A stretch of DNA of 64,000 nt from Eledone cirrhosa. Taxonomy: Eukaryota. The notes beneath the pieces were generated by a model, which saw nothing but the letters and a program-made list of their open reading frames with translations, made no database searches and was not told the DNA's origin. How positions within the stretch are numbered: position 1 is the first letter of the stretch; every line of letters begins with the position of its first letter. This document shows positions 53,093 through 64,000 of this stretch, one piece after another. The DNA is taken from contig OZ024743.1 in NCBI GenBank assembly GCA_964016885.1, positions 92,504,001 through 92,568,000 of the forward strand. The letters are read 5' to 3'. Position numbers and translations under genes: made by a program.

Positions 53093-54353
53093 TTTATTAT
53101 TTTAAAAAATTAATTTCTTTTCAGAGCTGTTTATTTTTTACTTGGGTGAGCGCTTAGGAAACCGAGCTGCTGTAAACATTTCCCTTTTTCTTTCTTTAGT
53201 TAGTTTGATTTGCAAGCTTTTCTCTCCAGTGTCTGTTAGTTTCAAAATAATTATGCACGCAAACTTTTTCCTTTCTTTCAACTCTACCCTTCGCATACAC
53301 ACTACTGCAAACGTCTTATAGGCTACCGACTGCAAAAACAGAGTTTGTTGATAATTTCAGATATTTCGAACTTTTATTCCGTCCGCCTTCGGAAGTAGTG
53401 AGCCTGCTATATACGCTAGAAAATATTTATTGAACAAAGATTTGGCTGCTTTTTCTAGCATGTAAAATGAGGGTCCATTTATACCACTTTCCATCCTAAT
53501 CAGAAACCATCATTTTAACACCGAGATTCAAAGAAAAGCTCCCATCACAACTGCTATCACTTTCGCATTTCCCTCTGAAAATATTAAGTCGAAACGAAAG
53601 AAAGTATTGAGCCAACACTAAGTGTGTCTATCGGTCACATAACGGGTTCCGGAGCCTACCTCTAATAGCTTTTGACACTAGAAAACACACTGGCAACCTT
53701 ACTGCGGATGATAGCGAGTCTAAGAAGCTGATACAACCAAGCACACTCGCAGTCAGCGTCTGATACCTCGGTAAGGCGAGTGGCCAACTATGACAAAAAG
53801 TTCGTTGTTAGTGGACCAGCTCCTGCAAACGTCTTAGAAGCTACAGGCTGGAAAAACAGAGTTTGTTGATAATTTCCGATGTTTCAAAGTTATATTCCGT
53901 CCGCCTTCGGAAGTAGTGAGCCTGCTATATACTCTAGAAAATATTTATTGAACAAAGATTTGGCTGCTTTTTCTAGCATGTAAAATGAGCACATTTCTTT
54001 AGAGCCGTTCGAATCGAAGATGATGGACATGTGTAATAATTAATTCGGAATGGGTATCGTAGCTAGTTATTTGGCCGAGTTATATAAACAAAAAGAGAAC
54101 ATAAGTTTTAAAGACAGCAATATCGACAACTATGCGATACTCTCGTAGTTAATAACGTGTGCTAATTTATAAATTAGATGAGATTTATGCAAAAGTTTAT
54201 TAAGCAACCTAAATTGCTTGAAAATACTATGTTCTATGGTTGAAAGTATGAAAAATGTAAAATAGAAAATTAAAGTATAAAAATTACTGTAAAAGAAAGG
54301 TGTTTAGTGAGTTGTTTTATACAATAAAACTATTAAATTGAGTGTAAGATTTC

Positions 54354-54472
54354 GTTTACGGCCATATCCCGCTGAAAACACCGGTTCTCGTCCGATCACC
54401 GAAGTTAAGCAACGTCGAGCCTAGTTAGTACTTGGATGGGTGACCGCTTGGGAACCCTAGGTGCCGTAAGCG
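54354..54472 (+). rRNA. 5S_rRNA: 5S rRNA, copy 40
   Basis: Matches copy 1. Confidence 0.97.
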
Positions 54473-55733
54473 TTTATTTTTTTAAAAAATTAATTTCTTT
54501 TCAGAGCTGTTTATTTTTTACTTGGGTGAGCGCTTAGGAAACCGAGCTGCTGTAAACATTTCCCTTTTTCTTTCTTTAGTTAGTTTGATTTGCAAGCTTT
54601 TCTCTCCAGTGTCTGTTAGTTTCAAAATAATTATGCACGCAAACTTTTTCCTTTCTTTCAACTCTACCCTTCGCATACACACTACTGCAAACGTCTTATA
54701 GGCTACCGACTGCAAAAACAGAGTTTGTTGATAATTTCAGATATTTCAAAGTTTTATTCCGTCCGCCTTCGGAAGTAGTGAGCCTGCTATATACGCTAGA
54801 AAATATTTATTGAACAAAGATTTGGCTGCTTTTTCTAGCATGTAAAATGAGGGTCCATTTATACCACTTTCCATCCTAATCAGAAACCATCATTTTAACA
54901 CCGAGATTCAAAGAAAAGCTCCCATCACAACTGCTATCACTTTCGCATTTCCCTCTGAAAATATTAAGTCGAAACGAAAGAAAGTATTGAGCCAACACTA
55001 AGTGTGTCTATCGGTCACATAACGGGTTCCGGAGCCTACCTCTAATAGCTTTTGACACTAGAAAACACACTGGCAACCTTACTGCGGATGATAGCGAGTC
55101 TAAGAAGCTGATACAACCAAGCACACTCGCAGTCAGCGTCTGATACCTCGGTAAGGCGAGTGGCCAACTATGACAAAAAGTTCGTTGTTAGTGGACCAGC
55201 TCCTGCAAACGTCTTAGAAGCTACAGGCTGGAAAAACAGAGTTTGTTGATAATTTCCGATGTTTCAAAGTTATATTCCGTCCGCCTTCGGAAGTAGTGAG
55301 CCTGCTATATACTCTAGAAAATATTTATTGAACAAAGATTTGGCTGCTTTTTCTAGCATGTAAAATGAGCACATTTCTTTAGAGCCGTTCGAATCGAAGA
55401 TGATGGACATGTGTAATAATTAATTCGGAATGGGTATCGTAGCTAGTTATTTGGCCGAGTTATATAAACAAAAAGAGAACATAAGTTTTAAAGACAGCAA
55501 TATCGACAACTATGCGATACTCTCGTAGTTAATAACGTGTGCTAATTTAAAAGTTAGATGAGATTTATGTAAAAGTTTATTAAGCAACCTAAATTGCTTG
55601 AAAATACTATGTTCTATGGTTGAAAGTATGAAAAATGTAAAATAGAAAATTAAAGTATAAAAATTACTGTAAAGGAAAGGTGTTTAGTGAGTTGTGTTAT
55701 ACAATAAAACTATTAAATTGAGTGTAAGATTTC

Positions 55734-55852
55734 GTTTACGGCCATATCCCGCTGAAAACACCGGTTCTCGTCCGATCACCGAAGTTAAGCAACGTCGAGC
55801 CTAGTTAGTACTTGGATGGGTGACCGCTTGGGAACCCTAGGTGCCGTAAGCG
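55734..55852 (+). rRNA. 5S_rRNA: 5S rRNA, copy 41
   Basis: Matches copy 1. Confidence 0.97.
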
Positions 55853-57113
55853 TTTATTTTTTTAAAAAGTTAATTTCTTTTCAGAGCTATTTATTTTTTA
55901 GTTCGGTGGCCGCTTAGGAAACCGAGCTGCTGTAAACATTTCCCTTTTTCTTTCTTTAGTTAGTTTGATTTGCAAGCTTTTCTCTCCAGTGTCTGTTAGT
56001 TTCAAAATAATTATGCACGCAAACTTTTTCCTTTCTTTCAACTCTACCCTTCGCATACACACTACTGCAAACGTCTTATAGGCTACCGACTGCAAAAACA
56101 GAGTTTGTTGATAATTTCAGATATTTCGAACTTTTATTCCGTCCGCCTTCGGAAGTAGTGAGCCTGCTATATACACTAGAAAATATTTATTGAACAAAGA
56201 CTTGGCTGCTTTTTCTAGCATGTAAAATGAGGGTCCATTTATACCACTTTCCATCCTAATCAGAAACCATCATTTTAACACCGAGATTCAAAGAAAAGCT
56301 CCCATCACAACTGCTATCACTTTCGCATTTCCCTCTGAAAATATTAAGTCGAAACGAAAGAAAGTATTGAGCCAACACTAAGTGTGTCTATCGGTCACAT
56401 AACGGGTTCCGGAGCCTACCTCTAATAGCTTTTGACACTAGAAAACACACTGGCAACCTTACTGCGGATGATAGCGAGTCTAAGAAGCTGATACAACCAA
56501 GCACACTCGCAGTCAGCGTCTGATACCTCGGTAAGGCGAGTGGCCAACTATGACAAAAAGTTCGTTGTTAGTGGACCAGCTCCTGCAAACGTCTTAGAAG
56601 CTACAGGCTGGAAAAACATAGTTTGTTGATAATTTCCGATGTTTCAAAGTTATATTCCGTCCGCCTTCGGAAGTAGTGAGCCTGCTATATACTCTAGAAA
56701 ATATTTATTGAACAAAGATTTGGCTGCTTTTTCTAGCATGTAAAATGAGCACATTTCTTTAGAGCCGTTCGAATCGAAGATGATGGACATGTGTAATAAT
56801 TAATTCGGAATGGGTATCGTAGCTAGTTATTTGGCCGAGTTATATAAACAAAAAGAGAACATAAGTTTTAAAGACAGCAATATCGACAACTATGCGATAC
56901 TCTCGTAGTTAATAACGTGTGCTAATTTATAAATTAGATGAGATTTATGTAAAAGTTTATTAAGCAACCTAAATTGCTTGAAAATACTATGTTCTATGGT
57001 TGAAAGTATGAAAAATGTAAAACAGAAAATTAAAGTATAAAAATTACTGTAAAAGAAAGGTGTTTAGTGAGTTGTTTTATACAATAAAACTATTAAATTG
57101 AGTGTAAGATTTC

Positions 57114-57232
57114 GTTTACGGCCATATCCCGCTGAAAACACCGGTTCTCGTCCGATCACCGAAATTAAGCAACGTCGAGCCTAGTTAGTACTTGGATGGG
57201 TGACCGCTTGGGAACCCTAGGTGCCGTAAGCG
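57114..57232 (+). rRNA. 5S_rRNA: 5S rRNA, copy 42, variant G51A in box A
   Basis: GAAATTAAGC at 57164, same variant as copy 38. Confidence 0.93.
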
Positions 57233-58493
57233 TTTATTATTTTAAAAAATGAATTTCTTTTCAGAGCTGTTTATTTTTTACTTGGGTGAGCGCTTAGGAA
57301 ACCGAGCTGCTGTAAACATTTCCCTTTTTCTTTCTTTAGTTAGTTTGATTTGCAAGCTTTTCTCTCCAGTGTCTGTTAGTTTCAAAATAATTATGCACGC
57401 AAACTTTTTCCTTTCTTTCAACTCTACCCTTCGCATACACACTACTGCAAACGTCTTATAGGCTACCGACTGCAAAAACAGAGTTTGTTGATAATTTCAG
57501 ATATTTCAAACTTATATTCCGTCCGCCTTCGGAAGTAGTGAGCCTGCTATATACGCTAGAAAATATTTATTGAACAAAGATTTGGCTGCTTTTTCTAGCA
57601 TGTAAAATGAGGGTCCATTTATACCACTTTCCATCCTAATAAGAAACCATCATTTTAACACCGAGATTCAAAGAAAAGCTCCCATCACAACTGCTATCAC
57701 TTTCGCATTTCCCTCTGAAAATATTAAATCGAAACGAAAGAAAGTATTGAGCCAACACTAAGTGTGTCGATCGGTCACATAACGGGTTCCGGAGCCTACC
57801 TGTAATAGCTTTTGATACTAGAAAACACACTGGCAACCTTACTGCGGATGATAGCGAGTCTAAGAAGCTGATACAACCAAGCAGACTCGCAGTCAGCGTC
57901 TGATACCTCGGTAAGGCGAGTGGCCAACTATGACAAAAAGTTCGTTGTTAGTGGACCAGCTCCTGCAAACGTCTTAGAAGCTACAGGCTGGAAAAACAGA
58001 GTTTGTTGATAATTTCCGATGTTTCCAAGTTATATTCCGTCCGCCTTCGGAAGTAGTGAGCCTGCTATATACTCTAGAAAATATTTATTGAACAAAGATT
58101 TGGCTGCTTTTTCTAGCATGTAAAATGAGCACATTTCTTTAGAGCCGTTCGAATCGAAGATGATGGACATGTGTAATAATTAATTCGGAATGGGTATCGT
58201 AGCTAGTTATTTGGCCGAGTTATATAAACAAAAAGAGAACATAAGTTTTAAAGACAGCAATATCGACAACTATGCGATACTCTCGTAGTTAATAACGTGT
58301 GCTAATTTAAAAGTTAGATGAGATTTATGTAAAAGTTTATTAAGCAACCTAAATTGCTTGAAAATACTATGTTCTATGGTTGAAAGTATGAAAAATGTAA
58401 AATAGAAAATTAAAGTATAAAAATTACTGTAAAGGAAAGGTGTTTAGTGAGTTGTGTTATACAATAAAACTATTAAATTGAGTGTAAGATTTC

Positions 58494-58612
58494 GTTTACG
58501 GCCATATCCCGCTGAAAACACCGGTTCTCGTCCGATCACCGAAGTTAAGCAACGTCGAGCCTAGTTAGTACTTGGATGGGTGACCGCTTGGGAACCCTAG
58601 GTGCCGTAAGCG
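58494..58612 (+). rRNA. 5S_rRNA: 5S rRNA, copy 43
   Basis: Matches copy 1; terminator TTTATTATTTT. Confidence 0.97.
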
Positions 58613-59873
58613 TTTATTATTTTAAAAAATTAATTTCTTTTCAGAGCTGTTTATTTTTTACTTGGGTGAGCGCTTAGGAAACCGAGCTGCTGTAAACATT
58701 TCCCTTTTTCTTTCTTTAGTTAGTTTGATTTGCAAGCTTTTCTCTCCAGTGTCTGTTAGTTTCAAAATAATTATGCACGCAAACTTTTTCCTTTCTTTCA
58801 ACTCTACCCTTCGCATACACACTACTGCAAACGTCTTATAGGCTACCGACTGCAAAAACAGAGTTTGTTGATAATTTCAGATATTTCGAACTTTTATTCC
58901 GTCCGCCTTCGGAAGTAGTGAGCCTGCTATATACGCTAGAAAATATTTATTGAACAAAGATTTGGCTGCTTTTTCTAGCATGTAAAATGAGGGTCCATTT
59001 ATACCACTTTCCATCCTAATCAGAAACCATCATTTTAACACCGAGATTCAAAGAAAAGCTCCCATCACAACTGCTATCACTTTCGCATTTCCCTCTGAAA
59101 ATATTAAGTCGAAACGAAAGAAAGTATTGAGCCAACACTAAGTGTGTCTATCGGTCACATAACGGGTTCCGGAGCCTACCTCTAATAGCTTTTGACACTA
59201 GAAAACACACTGGCAACCTTACTGCGGATGATAGCGAGTCTAAGAAGCTGATACAACCAAGCACACTCGCAGTCAGCGTCTGATACCTCGGTAAGGCGAG
59301 TGGCCAACTATGACAAAAAGTTCGTTGTTAGTGGACCAGCTCCTGCAAACGTCTTAGAAGCTACAGGCTGGAAAAACAGAGTTTGTTGATAATTTCCGAT
59401 GTTTCAAAGTTATATTCCGTCCGCCTTCGGAAGTAGTGAGCCTGCTATATACTCTAGAAAATATTTATTGAACAAAGATTTGGCTGCTTTTTCTAGCATG
59501 TAAAATGAGCACATTTCTTTAGAGCCGTTCGAATCGAAGATGATGGACATGTGTAATAATTAATTCGGAATGGGTATCGTAGCTAGTTATTTGGCCGAGT
59601 TATATAAACAAAAAGAGAACATAAGTTTTAAAGACAGTATTATCGACAACTATGCGATACTCTCGTAGTTAATAACGTGTGCTAATTTAAAAGTTAGATG
59701 AGATTTATGTAAAAGTTTATTAAGCAACCTAAATTGCTTGAAAATACTATGTTCTATGGTTGAAAGTATGAAAAATGTAAAATAGAAAATTAAAGTATAA
59801 AAATTACTGTAAAGGAAAGGTGTTTAGTGAGTTGTGTTATACAATAAAACTATTAAATTGAGTGTAAGATTTC

Positions 59874-59992
59874 GTTTACGGCCATATCCCGCTGAAAACA
59901 CCGGTTCTCGTCCGATCACCGAAGTTAAGCAACGTCGAGCCTAGTTAGTACTTGGATGGGTGACCGCTTGGGAACCCTAGGTGCCGTAAGCG
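59874..59992 (+). rRNA. 5S_rRNA: 5S rRNA, copy 44
   Basis: Matches copy 1. Confidence 0.97.
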
Positions 59993-61253
59993 TTTATTTT
60001 TTTAAAAAGTTAATTTCTTTTCAGAGCTATTTATTTTTTAGTTCGGTGGCCGCTTAGGAAACCGAGCTGCTGTAAACATTTCCCTTTTTCTTTCTTTAGT
60101 TAGTTTGATTTGCAAGCTTTTCTCTCCAGTGTCTGTTAGTTTCAAAATAATTATGCACGCAAACTTTTTCCTTTCTTTCAACTCTACCCTTCGCATACAC
60201 ACTACTGCAAACGTCTTATAGGCTACCGACTGCAAAAACAGAGTTTGTTGATAATTTCAGATATTTCGAACTTTTATTCCGTCCGCCTTCGGAAGTAGTG
60301 AGCCTGCTATATACGCTAGAAAATATTTATTGAACAAAGATTTGGCTGCTTTTTCTAGCATGTAAAATGAGGGTCCATTTATACCACTTTCCATCATAAT
60401 CAGAAACCATCATTTTAACACCGAGATTCAAAGAAAAGCTCCCATCACAACTGCTATCACTTTCGCATTTCCCTCTGAAAATATTAAGTCGAAACGAAAG
60501 AAAGTATTGAGCCAACACTAAGTGTGTCTATCGGTCACATAACGGGTTCCGGAGCCTACCTGTAATAGCTTTTGATACTAGAAAACACACTGGCAACCTT
60601 ACTGTGGATGATAGCGAGTCTAAGAAGCTGATACAACCAAGCAGACTCGCAGTCAGCGTCTGATACCTCGGTAAGGCGAGTGGCCAACTATGACAAAAAG
60701 TTCGTTGTTAGTGGACCAGCTCCTGCAAACGTCTTAGAAGCTACAGGCTGGAAAAACAGAGTTTGTTGATAATTTCCGATGTTTCCAAGTTATATTCCGT
60801 CCGCCTTCGGAAGTAGTGAGCCTGCTATATACTCTAGAAAATATTTATTGAACAAAGATTTGGCTGCTTTTTCTAGCATGTAAAATGAGCACATTTCTTT
60901 AGAGCCGTTCGAATCGAAGATGATGGACATGTGTAATAATTAATTCGGAATGGGTATCGTAGCTAGTTATTTGGCCGAGTTATATAAACAAAAAGAGAAC
61001 ATAAGTTTTAAAGACAGCAATATCGACAACTATGCGATACTCTCGTAGTTAATAACGTGTGCTAATTTAAAAGTTAGATGAGATTTATGTAAAAGTTTAT
61101 TAAGCAACCTAAATTGCTTGAAAATACTATGTTCTATGGTTGAAAGTATGAAAAATGTAAAATAGAAAATTAAAGTATAAAAATTACTGTAAAGGAAAGG
61201 TGTTTAGTGAGTTGTGTTATACAATAAAACTATTAAATTGAGTGTAAGATTTC

Positions 61254-61372
61254 GTTTACGGCCATATCCCGCTGAAAACACCGGTTCTCGTCCGATCACC
61301 GAAGTTAAGCAACGTCGAGCCTAGTTAGTACTTGGATGGGTGACCGCTTGGGAACCCTAGGTGCCGTAAGCG
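61254..61372 (+). rRNA. 5S_rRNA: 5S rRNA, copy 45
   Basis: Matches copy 1; terminator TTTATTATTTT. Confidence 0.97.
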
Positions 61373-62633
61373 TTTATTATTTTAAAAAATTAATTTCTTT
61401 TCAGAGCTGTTTATTTTTTACTTGGGTGAGCGCTTAGGAAACCGAGCTGCTGTAAACATTTCCCTTTTTCTTTCTTTAGTTAGTTTGATTTGCAAGCTTT
61501 TCTCTCCAGTGTCTGTTAGTTTCAAAATAATTATGCACGCAAACTTTTTCCTTTCTTTCAACTCTACCCTTCGCATACACACTACTGCAAACGTCTTATA
61601 GGCTACCGACTGCAAAAACAGAGTTTGTTGATAATTTCAGATATTTCGAACTTTTATTCCGTCCGCCTTCGGAAGTAGTGAGCCTGCTATATACGCTAGA
61701 AAATATTTATTGAACAAAGATTTGGCTGCTTTTTCTAGCATGTAAAATGAGGGTCCATTTATACCACTTTCCATCCTAATCAGAAACCATCATTTTAACA
61801 CCGAGATTCAAAGAAAAGCTCCCATCACAACTGCTATCACTTTCGCATTTCCCTCTGAAAATATTAAGTCGAAACGAAAGAAAGTATTGAGCCAACACTA
61901 AGTGTGTCTATCGGTCACATAACGGGTTCCGGAGCCTACCTCTAATAGCTTTTGACACTAGAAAACACACTGGCAACCTTACTGCGGATGATAGCGAGTC
62001 TAAGAAGCTGATACAACCAAGCAGACTCGCAGTCAGCGTCTGATACCTCGGTAAGGCGAGTGGCCAACTATGACAAAAAGTTCGTTGTTAGTGGACCAGC
62101 TCCTGCAAACGTCTTAGAAGCTACAGGCTGGAAAAACAGAGTTTGTTGATAATTTCCGATGTTTCAAAGTTATATTCCGTCCGCCTTCGGAAGTAGTGAG
62201 CCTGCTATATACTCTAGAAAATATTTATTGAACAAAGATTTGGCTGCTTTTTCTAGCATGTAAAATGAGCACATTTCTTTAGAGCCGTTCGAATCGAAGA
62301 TGATGGACATGTGTAATAATTAATTCGGAATGGGTATCGTAGCTAGTTATTTGGCCGAGTTATATAAACAAAAAGAGAACATAAGTTTTAAAGACAGCAA
62401 TATCGACAACTATGCGATACTCTCGTAGTTAATAACGTGTGCTAATTTATAAATTAGATGAGATTTATGTAAAAGTTTATTAAGCAACCTAAATTGCTTG
62501 AAAATACTATGTTCTATGGTTGAAAGTATGAAAAATGTAAAACAGAAAATTAAAGTATAAAAATTACTGTAAAAGAAAGGTGTTTAGTGAGTTGTTTTAT
62601 ACAATAAAACTATTAAATTGAGTGTAAGATTTC

Positions 62634-62752
62634 GTTTACGGCCATATCCCGCTGAAAACACCGGTTCTCGTCCGATCACCGAAGTTAAGCAACGTCGAGC
62701 CTAGTTAGTACTTGGATGGGTGACCGCTTGGGAACCCTAGGTGCCGTAAGCG
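62634..62752 (+). rRNA. 5S_rRNA: 5S rRNA, copy 46
   Basis: Matches copy 1. Confidence 0.97.
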
Positions 62753-64000
62753 TTTATTTTTTTAAAAAGTTAATTTCTTTTCAGAGCTATTTATTTTTTA
62801 GTTCGGTGGCCGCTTAGGAAACCGAGCTGCTGTAAACATTTCCCTTTTTCTTTCTTTAGTTAGTTTGATTTGCAAGCTTTTCTCTCCAGTGTCTGTTAGT
62901 TTCAAAATAATTATGCACGCAAACTTTTTCCTTTCTTTCAACTCTACCCTTCGCATACACACTACTGCAAACGTCTTATAGGCTACCGACTGCAAAAACA
63001 GAGTTTGTTGATAATTTCAGATATTTCGAACTTTTATTCCGTCCGCCTTCGGAAGTAGTGAGCCTGCTATATACGCTAGAAAATATTTATTGAACAAAGA
63101 TTTGGCTGCTTTTTCTAGCATGTAAAATGAGGGTCCATTTATACCACTTTCCATCCTAATCAGAAACCATCATTTTAACACCGAGATTCAAAGAAAAGCT
63201 CCCATCACAACTGCTATCACTTTCGCATTTCCCTCTGAAAATATTAAGTCGAAACGAAAGAAAGTATTGAGCCAACACTAAGTGTGTCTATCGGTCACAT
63301 AACGGGTTCCGGAGCCTACCTCTAATAGCTTTTGACACTAGAAAACACACTGGCAACCTTACTGCGGATGATAGCGAGTCTAAGAAGCTGATACAACCAA
63401 GCACACTCGCAGTCAGCGTCTGATACCTCGGTAAGGCGAGTGGCCAACTATGACAAAAAGTTCGTTGTTAGTGGACCAGCTCCTGCAAACGTCTTAGAAG
63501 CTACAGGCTGGAAAAACAGAGTTTGTTGATAATTTCCGATGTTTCAAAGTTATATTCCGTCCGCCTTCGGAAGTAGTGAGCCTGCTATATACTCTAGAAA
63601 ATATTTATTGAACAAAGATTTGGCTGCTTTTTCTAGCATGTAAAATGAGCACATTTCTTTAGAGCCGTTCGAATCGAAGATGATGGACATGTGTAATAAT
63701 TAATTCGGAATGGGTATCGTAGCTAGTTATTTGGCCGAGTTATATAAACAAAAAGAGAACATAAGTTTTAAAGACAGTATTATCGACAACTATGCGATAC
63801 TCTCGTAGTTAATAACGTGTGCTAATTTAAAAGTTAGATGAGATTTATGTAAAAGTTTATTAAGCAACCTAAATTGCTTGAAAATACTATGTTCTATGGT
63901 TGAAAGTATGAAAAATGTAAAATAGAAAATTAAAGTATAAAAATTACTGTAAAGGAAAGGTGTTTAGTGAGTTGTGTTATACAATAAAACTATTAAATTG

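Larger units (their letters stand above)
1..64000 (+). repeat. 5S rDNA tandem array, ~46.4 units of 1379-1380 bp (one 860-bp unit, one 1565-bp unit)
   Basis: Same sequence recurs every 1379/1380 bp across the whole window, each unit with one 5S gene; units differ by only a few SNPs; both window ends fall inside spacers. Confidence 0.99.

Noticed and set aside
1-64000. CRISPR-like or variable-spacer array
   Set aside because: Units are 1.38 kb and the sequences between repeats are near-identical rather than unique; no cas or reverse-transcriptase genes are present.

Overview
This window is a eukaryotic (metazoan, probably cephalopod) 5S rDNA tandem array. It holds 46 head-to-tail 5S rRNA genes on the + strand in near-identical 1379-1380 bp units, and the array runs off both ends of the window. 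No credible protein-coding gene is present; the ORF track only reflects the repeat period. Each unit contains, in order: the 5S gene, an oligo-T Pol III terminator, a decayed second copy of the 3' half of 5S (two interspersed haplotypes), a pyrimidine-rich tract, a 167-bp direct repeat A, a ~350-bp GC-richer segment with a long imperfect hairpin, direct repeat B, and an AT-rich upstream region with a dyad/TATA-like element. Exceptions are an 860-bp unit made by A/B recombination (25.7-26.6 kb), a single 182-bp tRNA-derived SINE inserted at 40.2 kb with a 3-bp duplication, four 5S copies with private mutations, and regional haplotype blocks. All 46 copies share three non-Watson-Crick positions in helices that are normally paired, so this may be a variant 5S class. 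No novel system can be established from sequence alone. The best candidates for follow-up are the variant 5S sequence, the built-in 5S half-pseudogene and the repeat-bracketed structured spacer segment.
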